Positions 51,986 through 64,000 of a DNA stretch of 64,000 bases are shown one piece after another (the stretch's first letter is position 1; the number at the start of each line of letters is the position of its first letter). A program made the position numbers and the translations under genes. The notes under the pieces are model-generated. The model saw only the letters and a program-made list of their open reading frames with translations, was not told the origin of the DNA and did not search any database. The stretch spans positions 64,976,001 through 65,040,000 of the forward strand of contig OX597832.1 of NCBI GenBank assembly GCA_951406725.2, given 5' to 3'. The stretch comes from Octopus vulgaris (lineage: Eukaryota).

Positions 51986-52774
51986 TACACATGGGTAAAG
52001 TTTTGTAATTGTATTCGAAACCCTGTTTGCTCCTAGCAAATAGCCCATGACTTTTCCTGGTTTTTGCTTTGAAACGTGAATGCCTTGATGATGTTACGTT
52101 TTTAAAACATACTATATAGGATATGAGGCGTTTTGGCAGAGCCAATCTGACACCGCCTATTTCGCGTCGCTGATTCGACGTTGACTCATTTGACATCAGA
52201 CTTTTTAATGCATTTCCCTAATCTCTCTGACTTTCTCCGACTCTGTTTATGTATGAACATTTTCTGTTTTATATGTATATGTAACGTTTCTCCCTCCTCC
52301 ATCTCTCCTTAGCTCTCTGTCTAGATATCTATATGTTTATCAAGATATCTATATTTTGGAGCCCATGTCTTCAGTGCCAAAAGTTACTGTCGCCAAAACA
52401 AGTTACATACCCATTTTCAGCTGCGCTACATCTCCTGCGTCTTCAGAGTGCACCTGATTGTCTCAGCTGACACCATATATATAGTTTTCCTTTTATTTTT
52501 ATACAAACCACAACAATATGTTATTCTCAACTTAGTATTAAAACCATGTTAGCCACTTTGTTCTCGAATATTTTAGTGTATTTATTTCCCCGGGCATTTA
52601 GCAGATGAAAATGTAACTGTTTTTCAAATTTCTCTGTTCGTTGAGAAAAGCTTACATGTGCATATATTATACATATATACATTCATACACTCAAACATGC
52701 ACACGCACACACGCACGTGAACATGTATACATAGGAGTATAATATATACATATATATATATACTTTCATACTTA

Positions 52775-53140
52775 CATTTGTTTCAGTCATTTGACTGCGG
52801 CTATGCTGGAGCACCGCATTTATTCGAAGAAATCGACCCCAGGGCTTATTCTTTGTAAGCCTAGTACTTATTCTACCAGTCTCTCTGCCGAACCGCTCCG
52901 TTACGGATATATAAACGCAGCATCATCGGTTGTGAACCGATGGTGGTGGGACAAATGCAGACACGCAAACATATACATATATATATATTTACGACGGATT
53001 CTTTCAGTTTCCATCTACCAAATCCACTCACAAGGTATTGATTGGACTGAGGCTACAGTAGAAGACACCTGGCCAAGGTGCCACGCAATGGGACTGAACC
53101 CAGAACCATGTGGTTGGGAAACTCGATTCTTACTATAGAA
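52775..53140 (-). mobile_element. SINE family C, full length
   Basis: TTTCAGTCATTTGACTGCGGCTATGCTGGAGCACCG..GGTGCCACGCAATGGGACTGAACCCAGAACCATG. Confidence 0.9.
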
Positions 53141-53883
53141 CCACGACTGAGCCTATATACATACACATGTATCTTATATTATTTGTACGTATTTACTAAT
53201 TTCTTTAAATCTGCAGACTTTTGCTTTCGTTTCGTCAAATCGTGTCTCATCTACGGAGGCTTAAATTAGATGGAAAATTATTTTCCATCAATTGTATTGC
53301 AGTTGTGCAGGTCAGGGAGAGAATAGGAAATTAATAAAGCTTTATTGTGTTTCGTTGCACCACGTGGTACTTGATGAACAACACTCGTTTGTCGACTCTG
53401 TGTTAATCTGAAGATACCTGGTTAAATTCATTCTTGTGGATGTCATAGATATCTTCCTGTCTTTACAGATTGAAACCAGTTCTAGATGTGTTACAAATGT
53501 AGGTGGCTCCATCCTGATATATGAATTTCTGAGACCCCACCCCTCGATCTCGCTAAAGAAATAAATATTTCCTATTTCAAAACGAATCTCTCACAACACA
53601 CCGAACTTTGACTTTTGGAACAACACAGTTTACTATTATTTATGGCACTCTCTTTTTTCTAAATTGTACATCTAAAAATGAAAGTTTCCATTCCATCTAA
53701 GTCGGCATTAATGTAACAATATAATGCCCGTCTTCAGATTTATTAGTGATACTAAGCACATAGAAACAGAAAATATTGGTTTTTATTCGATATTTCCCTT
53801 CCACCATTTCCCAACGAATAGAGTGGTTTGATACGAAATTTCTACCCACTTCTCTTACCGAGACGAAATTTGAAAGAACTGAT

Positions 53884-53917
<34 letters not shown>

Positions 53918-53923
53918 TATGTA

Positions 53924-53967
<44 letters not shown>

Positions 53968-54719
53968 CAGCCGTGAAGCGATTATACATTGTGACGAGAA
54001 ATTTCCTATTCAAAAAAACCTATATAATCATCAATCGATAATACACAAACGACTAACGCGATTATCGTAACGACTTATTGTTAATTGTTTTGTCAATTGC
54101 GATCAAAGCTTCCGGTCAGGCATGATGGGAGCTGGTATTGGGTAAGGGAAGTGAAATGATTGAATGAATTGACTATTTACCATGTGCAGTCACGCTCACC
54201 CTAGTTCCCTACACTCTTTCAAACTATTAGGATGTGCTACTTACCTGTCAATTATAAATGCGATCCCTAACCTGTTGGCACCCCTTTCATGAAACACAAT
54301 GTTTCCAAGGACCCGGCGATCACGCGCATAACAAAATACAATGAATCGCATAATACATAATACATAATACACACACACACACACACACACACACATAAAC
54401 ACAAACACACAGACAGACACACACACAGACACACAGGCATACACACTCAGAAACACATATGTGTGTGTGTATATATATATATACACACGCAGTACACATA
54501 TGATACATATATAATGCAAAACGACGCTGCAGACTGTGATAGTTAAGAAAGTAGATATAAATGAAAATTTTTCCTGCGCTGCGCAGTAGCAAGTGATCCT
54601 CAGCCCTGTACTAGTCTAGGGTTTTGTGGTTGAGTATTCCTGATTTATACTGCCATTTTATATTGTGGTCTCAAATCAACCAATCAACCTTTCTTACACC
54701 CTTTCTATTAAAAAGGAAC

Positions 54720-56200
54720 TCCATACACATTATAGCATTTTAAACATTTCTCATTGAAGAGTTAGACGATGACTGCTGAGTATATTTTGTGTGGATTTTT
54801 CTTGTTAGATTTTTCTTTCTAGCTTTTACTTCATTTTTAACTGCTTTGTTTATATATAATAGATCATGCCTTCCTCTAGTCTTCTTCCTGTCACCTTTTT
54901 GTTCTTCTGGGAGTAAATTTCGGTTTTGAAGGTGCTCGTAAATGCTTTCTGAAACCATTTCTGTTAACAGCTTCCACACTAATGGTGAGCCAGTGATTGG
55001 TCTATAGTGGTTATCTGTACTACCCTTGCTATTATATTGTATGGTGTGTCCTCCCTTAATCACCCAATTTGGTATTATTTTTCCATTAAGGCAATCCTGA
55101 AGTTGTTCTCTCAGTCCCCCATGTAAACTACTAAATTTCTTTAGCCAGTACCATGGCCCTTCCAATTCGGCAATTTTCTAGCTTCTTTTGCATTAGGTTT
55201 CTCATCTTCAGTACTTCGTTCTCCGCTGTTCTGTGTCGGATAATCTAGTGATACTGATGTATTTTTTCTGATATCTGGAGAGCCTTATTACTACTGCTAT
55301 GACACACTGTTTCAGCTCTTCTATTTCTGTCCCAAATCCATTCTTTTTGAATAAGTGTATTTTCTCAAGGGAAGATTTGCTTCTTGTGTTTCCTAACTTG
55401 TTCAGCTTCCCAGCTTCTATTCTACTTAGGTCTTGTCTTAAAGTCTTCACTTTATTTTGTATTCTTGTTATCCACATTGGCTCTTTTTAAATCTTTCCCT
55501 GTGGGATATCTTATCTTCTAGTCACTACTATTTCTCATACATAGTTAGTGTCTCCTATATTTTTAGTATCTATCCTACTGATAACAGAACATTCCTAGTC
55601 ATTTCTAGAAGCTTCCTTCTGTTGGTACCTTTTAATGCTGGCAATCTTTACATTCTGCAACTCATCTAAAATCGTCTGATCTTCCTCGCTCAAATCATTT
55701 AAGTCGCTGCTGCCATTTGTCCCTTCCTAATTGGTAGCGCTATTATTATATTCTCCTTTAGGTTCTTCTTTGGTTTGAGCTGTAATTCTTATGTTGTGGT
55801 TTGCCTTTCCCACTGCCTGGTCTTTCTTCTCCAGTTCTCATGTAATCTCTTCTACTTCCAATTCTGTCATCCACTTTCTTCTCCCAATAATATTAGCTTG
55901 ATCAACTAATCTCTGCTCTGTCAATTTAAACATACCCTTCTTTACCCAAAGTGTTAACATGGTTTTCTATAGCCCCCTTCTTTTAGGTTCACTTTCTAAG
56001 TAGCACTGCATCAATATCCTGTTTTCTTCGCTGCTACACTTCTTCCTCCTTGTCTGCTGTTGTATTAGGATGACAGCTGTGGTCAGTCTGCATCTTTACT
56101 GAAACACTTCCGAGCGAGAGGCCTCCCCTTCATGGCCCAGTTTCATTTTCTCTGTTACAAGCACAGTTTCTTCGGAAACATGTCTCCTATAAACTGAGGC
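54720..56200 (-). mobile_element. R4/Dong-clade non-LTR element, N-terminal region to mid-RT, decayed
   Basis: EENRILMQCYLESEPKRRGYRK..EQRLVDQA, then YWLKKFSSLH..PNWV..NHYRPIT..WKLLT..PEEQKG..TRG. Confidence 0.85.
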
Positions 56201-56769
56201 AAGGTAACGTTCGTCACCATCGCCATCACCATCACCATCACCACTTCTATTTTTCGACACCTGAAAGTTTCAAGCAAGTTTCTATTGCATCAGAGGTTGC
56301 ACCTTTGTGACGGTTGGGTGTGCTGCATTTTTTGTTGAGTGGGGGATATTGTATTGTATCAATGTTTTGTTATGGGGTTTGCTTTGAGTCTACTGTCGTA
56401 TTCGTTTTTTGCATTGTGTGTTGTTTGTGAGGCGCAGGCTGTATTCTGTCGGTTATCGGCCTTCAATGGCACGTGAGGGCGTTGTTAATTTTGTTGGGTA
56501 TTTACGGTATGAGGTTATTCCTGTATGTTTTTGGAGGAGTGTTTCGTAGTTGTGTGTGTAAATCCTAAATCAACTATTTCATAATATTCATGGTCATCTG
56601 TTCACCGTTGTTTCTCTTTTGCTTGGTTTTGTTATGTGTTCGTCTTTACAGCGTTTACTTTTTTAACTGAACACCGCCCGTGGACTTATGCTGATATTTC
56701 TTTCGTAGTTAAAATTATTAATGATGTATCAGAGAGGGACCGAGAAGAAGCAGCATATATGGCATGTAT

Positions 56770-56771
56770 AA

Positions 56772-56822
<51 letters not shown>

Positions 56823-56829
56823 GTTGTTG

Positions 56830-56899
<70 letters not shown>

Positions 56900-56905
56900 C
56901 ATTAT
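56770..56905. repeat. (TTA)n/(TTG)n tract, the (TAA)n tail or target of the adjacent R4 element
   Basis: Direct reading; it abuts the R4 3' UTR. Confidence 0.9.
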
Positions 56906-57345
56906 TTTGTTTTATCTCAGCTTTTGCTTGGAACTCCTGCATGCAACCTAAGGTACCATGCTATCTGTCCTTTTCAGCTATCTAATACTTTCCTAATTAT
57001 TCTGGCCGTGCCAAGAAGCCAAAACGTTTGTAACAGTTCCACTGGACACTCTATTCCAGTTTCCTTTATATTCCTCTTGATGCCTTGTGATACTGTTCCC
57101 AGGACCCAACAATAATTGGCACTATCTTCATCTTCTTTATTTTCCATAGGTGGGCTATTTCATACTTAAATACTTGTATTTATCTGTTTTTTCCGCCTTC
57201 ATTCTTGACTATTCGTTGGTCAAAGGGACATGCAACATCAGTCATATAGTATATGTAGTGTACCTTGACCCCACCCCCACTAGGTCCGGTCTCTTATGCT
57301 TTAGCACCTGTTCTGTTTGGATTGGGAAACCCCAGGAACTTATCT
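56906..57345 (-). mobile_element. R4/Dong-clade 3' end: restriction-like endonuclease and 3' UTR
   Basis: PIQTEQVLKHKRPDLV..DVACPFD..EKTDKY..EIAHLW..IVPIIVG..LLGTARIIRKVLDS*. Confidence 0.88.
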
Positions 57346-57959
57346 GATAACACATTATGTACACACCTAACTTGCAATTTTAGGCTTTAAGTTACTATTT
57401 CTAGAAGCCCAACTGTTTATGTAGAAATGGCGTCATACAATCTATAAATGACAAATAACTACATCTCTATTGCAGCTTTATTTATATTCATGTTATGTAA
57501 CGTAGATTCACATTGCTTTAAAATCTATAGATTGTCTTCTTCTTAAACTAGCGAATGTCTTGAAGAGTATAGTTTTGTTTTTAACAATTACAGGACGCTT
57601 CCATTATTAAAATTGTTCTTTGTACAGAGTAGGTCACACAGTACCAAGTAAAATTTCATATCTCACTGTGGGAGTGTGTCTGATATACGAACATATATTG
57701 TGTTGAATTTGAAGCATTCACCGTTTTGTACGAATTACGTAGGAACACATTTCATGGGTGTGTGTGTATGTATGTGTATGCGTGCGTATAGTGTGTGTGT
57801 AAGTATACATGTATGCCTCTCTCAACATTGAATTGACAATTAGCATAATATAATGTCAGTTGCCAAAAATATACTATTAGCATACACTAACACGAATACA
57901 TACAGAAACACAGGCAGACCACGCAAATACATACAAATCTATACATATATGTGTGTGTA

Positions 57960-57990
<31 letters not shown>

Positions 57991-58023
57991 GTATTAATGT
58001 ATCTTTGTAAATATGTATGTATG

Positions 58024-58430
<407 letters not shown>

Positions 58431-58620
58431 AAAAGACCAGTAAACACCACTTTTTTCTGTAGGATGTGAGATGTGATACCATTGTGTGTATATTCACGAC
58501 GCTCTTTATGGACTTTTATGCAATGCTATGCAGTTTATACATCGTCGATTGAATGTATGTCGTATTTATCTGCAGGTATGTATGTTCATGCATAAATATA
58601 TACATATATGCATGTATACA

Positions 58621-58688
<68 letters not shown>

Positions 58689-58977
58689 TATATATATGCA
58701 CACGTGTATATGCACACGTGTATATACATATGCGTATATGCACGTGTTGATATCTGTAGAAATGCGTAGCCGGATAACTATGTAATTTTTATAATTCAGA
58801 GGTGAGTGGTATGTATGTAGCTACTTCCAAATCTACCATTTTCTCTAAAAGATCAACTTTGAATTGTGCTAGAGGCTCTATGAATAGACGAATTTTTCTC
58901 TGCAATGTCTACCTACACCCACATGCGAACACACCAACAGAAGAACATGCATATTTATATCTCTGCGTGTGTGTACG

Positions 58978-59019
<42 letters not shown>

Positions 59020-59672
59020 TGTGTGTATTTATATATGTATATGTAAGTACATAATAAACACACACACATACGTTGAAGAAGATTGAAACAAGAGGCCTCT
59101 TTATATTCTCATTCAATTACGATTTTATGTCTGAATAGAAAGTTAAATTACTTATTTCTGCTTAGATTTTCCTTCGTCACTGCATTCAGTATGTCAACAT
59201 TATCTTATATATAAGGTAAAAATTTAATTTCCTCATCTTTTGCTTATTAAGTAAATATTCTATTCGACAACAATTCTTTTTTAGGAACTCTAGGAAATAT
59301 ATAAAAAGCGCGCACTCATACACACATACACTCAAACGTACGCACATATACACGAAGGAAAAAATAGAAACACACTTAATTACATATATGCATTCATACG
59401 GACATACACACACATATTCTCACGTATATGCATTATATATTTTGATGATTTGCCTAGTCATAGAAATTTAGAAATCACTTACTGGGACGCAGCATTCTCA
59501 AGTGTCACAGTAAATGTGCAGGGTAGCACCGAAATTAAAGTGAATTTGTGCATTAGAACGGGTGGTGCACTGTGTTCTTGAGAAAGGCACTTCATCTCAT
59601 GTTGCACTGTGATCACATCGACAGCTGACGCGTGGTACCTCGATTGATGGATGCGAGAGCGAGCTAATGTAG

Positions 59673-59732
<60 letters not shown>

Positions 59733-59813
59733 ATCACAATAAACAAATCATTTGTGTGCATAGTTCAGCGAAAACTGAACACTCATATGTCGTCTTCAAC
59801 GGGAGAGTCCATC

Positions 59814-59844
<31 letters not shown>

Positions 59845-59873
59845 TGTATGTATGTATGTATGTATGTATGTAT

Positions 59874-59935
<62 letters not shown>

Positions 59936-62900
59936 CCATAATGAATCTGGCAAAAAAGCTACAAATGAACATAACATTCCAGTCATCACACGATGCCACC
60001 CCCACCACCCTATCGCACAAACTCCCTTTGCTGCCATTAATAAACAAACAATCACCATTAACAATCACCAATACAGTCAAAACCAGTCACCATTATCGCC
60101 TCAAACTTTTTGCTCAATGCACAAGGCACCAGCCCTTCCACCGATGCCCAGAAATGGGATATCCAATTTATTGAGGACTGGGTTAATGGTAATCCACACC
60201 ATACCCCTTTTTCCCTCCTCACAGTGACCCATCTCAATAACCTTCACGTGGAAGCTGAGATGAGAGTGAAGAATTTTACAGCCATCCATGCAGATCATGT
60301 CGGCAGAAGAAAGGGTGGGACCGCCATTTTCGTGCACGATACTTTTTCGGCTGAACCAATGGACGTATTTACAAACGGCTACTGTAAAGCAGCTTCTGTG
60401 TTTAGTAAAGCCAACAATTTAATAGTAGTTGAACTCTATAGGTGACCCCTAACTCCTTTCCTACGCTTCAAGGAATGTCTCGACAGTATTAAGTGTTTCG
60501 TCCATCAGTGTCATGCTGGCAACATATTAATGATGGGGGACTTCAATCTTCCCAGTGTTGATTGGTCCACAAACAGTTTGAAACCAATTTTTTCACCTCA
60601 ACCCTTGATAAGGAAGCAATCGAACTGATTTTTGATTTCATGGATGAGCTTTTCCTGACCCAACTTGTTCGTGAACCAACAAAGTGTGACAAAAACACTT
60701 TGGACCTATTGTTCAGTAACCACACTGACATTATCCTCAGTATTGCAGTGGAAAAACACCAGTACTCTCAGACCATGGCACGGTTATCTGCGACCTGAGA
60801 TTCTACCACCCAAAGATCAAATCCAGTAGCATCTCTCCAGTCCATCCATTTGACACTATGGATCTTCATAACGCAGACTGGGTTGCGATCAATCATGATC
60901 TTTCACAAGTTGATTGGGCCTTCGCGCACGCACACACTCCCACTAACATAAGCATATCATGGCAGACATTTGTAGATACTATGATAAATATATGCGTAGA
61001 ACATACTCCATTAAGATCAGTATACAAATCTAAGTGCATAATTCCTAGAAATAGAAGAGTAATTATCAGAAAAATAAAATGAATTAACAAGAAAATCAAT
61101 CAACTTAAATTCTGCCAGTAGCAACGCACCCATTCGACTGCCATTGCTTCACTCAAATCGAAAAACACGACCACCAAAAAAGCATGATGACCATCATTAG
61201 CAGCCAAAGACAGCTGAATAGAGTTGGGCCACCGAGAAAACAAGACACTATCTCAAAATGTTCTTTTCTTTTGTAAAAAAAAAGCAACATAGAGACAGCT
61301 TCCACTGTTGGTCCTCGGGTTGATGAGAACTACACTCTACATGATGATGCAAAATCCATGTGCGAGATACTGCAGAGACATTACTGCTCTGTCTTCAGTA
61401 ATGTTAATGCGGTTGATGTGGCTAGTATCAGTGATGTAAACCCTCAACTAACCACATCTGACATAACTTTTAGTGCTCCTGATATCCTAACAGAAATAGA
61501 TAAGATCAAGCACAACTCGGCAGAAGGTCCTGATAAGTTCCCGGTCACTGTCCTGAAGATGTGTCGACATCAACTTGCACCCCCTCTAGCTGAGCTCTGC
61601 AGAAACTCACTTGATGCAGGCTACATTCCTCATCATTTTCTATCCCAGTCTGTTGTTCAAGTCTTCAAAAAGGGAAACAAATCTCTTGCAGTGAACTACC
61701 GTCCAATTTCACTCACTTCTCATATCATTAAAGTATTTGAAAGAGTGGTGAGATCGCGAATAACCGACTTCCACGAAGACAACAATCTGCTGAACCCCAA
61801 CCAGAATAGTTTCTCTGATGTCAGGGAATGGCTGTCGCAGCTTTTGTACCATTTTGATGAACTCTTAAAGCGTTGGGAGAAGACTCCAACACTGACTTCA
61901 TATGTCTTGATTTCAGCAAGGCTTTTGACAGAGTGGACCACAAAATCCTGCTGAAGAAAATTTCCATCATTGGAGTCCGTTGAAAGCTGCTGCAGTGGAT
62001 AAAGTGCTTCGCGACAAACAGAGCCCAACAGGATGTGTTTGAGGGAATACGATCCAGCTAAGCCAAAGTCAGAAGTGGTCTCCCGCAAGGTACTGTGTTG
62101 GGCCCGTTCCTCTTCATTATTTACATCAATGACATAGGAGATGTCATCAGACATTTTACATTGAAAATCTTTGTAGATGATTCCAAACTTCAGAAATCCA
62201 TAACCGGCATGGGAGACGGAACATGCCTTCAGTCATATCTGTTTGCTATTGTGCAATGGGCGGTAAATATGCTTTTAAATGAAGATAAGTTTGATTTGAT
62301 CCACTTTGGAAAAGAGGGAACTCTGAAATTACCATACGCGCTTCCCTTGAGCAACTCCCTAGTGTCATCCAACAACACAAGAGACCTTGGAGTAATTGTT
62401 GATAACAATCTAAGCTGGAGTTCCCACATAAACAGCAAGGTTGACTTGGCCCGCAAGATATGCTCCTGGATTCGGAGAACTTTTCAGTCTAGAGATGCCT
62501 GCACCATCATCCATCTGTACCCTAATTTTGCCCGATTCCTCCTTGAATACTGTTGCCCACTGTGGTCTCCCCATACGAAGCAACTCATTCTGAAAGTAGA
62601 AGCACTCCAGAGGTCAATAACAAGAAATATAGACAGCATGAGAGACATTGATTATTGGAGTCGGCTAAAAAAACTCAATTTCTGCTCTCTTCAACGTCGC
62701 CGGGAGCAGTACATCATGTATGTTAAGTGGAAAATATTCCATCAATATTGCACAAATGATGCTGACATCAGTTTTAAAATCCATTGGTCCCCGTGCTATC
62801 CGCCCTCTACAAAAATCGAACTCGGTACACATAGTAACATTATGTCACAATTATTTTACTTCGACCGGACAAGCTCTCTTTAATACCATACCAAAATACG

Positions 62901-62960
62901 TCAAAACGGAAACGGGTCTCATAAAATTCAAATGTTCACTGGACAAATTTCTTCAAAAAA
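59936..62960 (+). mobile_element. CR1-group LINE with near-complete but broken ORF2 (APE endonuclease and RT)
   Basis: LLNAQG..GGTAIFVH, MGDFNLP-type motif near 60530, EGPDKFP, FKKGNKSLAVNYRPISLTSHIIKVFERVV, LGPFLFIIYIND..FVDDSK, RDLGVIVDNNLSW and LEYCCPLWSP. Many frameshifts and stops are present. Confidence 0.92.
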
Positions 62961-62974
62961 TCTTATTAAAATTC

Positions 62975-63230
62975 ATGTCCGGCTAATCGTTGAGTGGACG
63001 TTGGTGATGCCTTGGCAGAGGTTTGAACTCTCTGAGTGCTCTTGTTACCTCCACCTTAGCGAAGACGAAGGTATTGTTTTCAGTTGTGTTTGTCCATGGT
63101 CAATATAACCCAAGAACCACTGAATTGATCCGGATGAAACGGGGCTGCTGATACTTGATGCTAACATGGAAAAACTTTGGCGGGAAGTTCTCCATGAATT
63201 CCATCAGTATTTTACCAATAATAAAAACGC
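62975..63230 (+). mobile_element. HINE-type repeat: 3' end of one copy joined to the 5' end of the next
   Basis: CCTTGGCAGAGGTTTGAACTCTCTGAGTGCTCTTGTT|ACCTCCACCTTAGCGAAG matches both ends of 13921-14195. Confidence 0.55.
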
Positions 63231-64000
63231 CATATATATTCAATTCAATTCTTGAAAATGAATGTGTGAAGTCTAGAAACGTCGGATTTGGATTTAATCA
63301 CCCCTGTCTTCTAAGCCAATTATAACATATTGATAAATAAAAACTGAAAACTCTAAACTGAAAAAGAGAAAATCACTTGAACAAACAGCATATTTGTGTG
63401 TGTGCGTGCGTGCGTTCGTGTGCGTATGTATATCTGACCAAAAACTACTTACTCATTTCGTCTTTTATTCGCAATTTATAATACACCAAATTTCATTAAT
63501 ATGTAAGTTTTATCTAAAAGACTGGTTTACCTTTTCTGAATGTGTTTATTGATTTATGTGCAGGAATAAATGAATTAGATAAGGGAATCTGTTTGCGTTA
63601 ACTTGAATCTTTTGCACTGAGTGATCGGTCATATATCGTGGTACAGATTTAAATTCTGTTCTTGTTATTCAGTCGCTTTGGTGTGTAAGTTTCGATGACA
63701 TCTACCAGTTTAATATGAACAATAGTTCAAAACAGCACTGAAACAATTTGTGATCGAATGAAGAAAGTATTGAATAGAAATGCAGAAAGCCCTGGCTTTA
63801 TAGGTTTGTCTACCATTTTAAAGGGTCGTAAAACTGGAGTAAAGAGGTTGAAATTAAACTCATGTTTAATGACGACATATGAATTAAGCTGTTTACAACT
63901 TAAGCTATTTTCATTTGTCACCCATCAAGTTTAAGTTATTAGCCGAAGTATACACTTGAGAAGTCCAAGAAGCAGGTATGTTAACAAAGATTCATCAATA

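Noticed and set aside
52120-52200. CCAAT and TTTCGCG motifs suggesting a promoter
   Set aside because: Short motifs like these are expected by chance, and there is no adjacent exon evidence.

Overview
This window is repeat-saturated eukaryotic non-coding DNA. The three tRNA-headed SINE families, the dense (TA)/(TG)/(TCTA)/(TTA) microsatellites and the LINE mix point to an Octopus genome, which is an inference. I found no supportable host protein-coding gene, RNA gene or CRISPR array. Most ORFs in the track are microsatellite read-throughs. Every recognisable coding fragment is a decayed transposon: Penelope-like RT/GIY-YIG, CR1-type ORF2, R4/Dong, RTE and mariner. The most interesting signal is at the RNA level. 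At least four sequence families of minimal type I hammerhead ribozyme occur (11 copies located), linked to Penelope-like pLTR relics. They mostly sit in head-to-head fold-back pairs in or around microsatellites. One family carries a compensatory U3-A8 core (TTGAAAA instead of CTGANGA) in all four copies. Several further inverted repeats use a microsatellite as spacer, and there is a 114-bp near-perfect AT-rich palindrome. Coordinates were counted by hand and may be off by a few bases; family names rest on motif recognition, not database searches.
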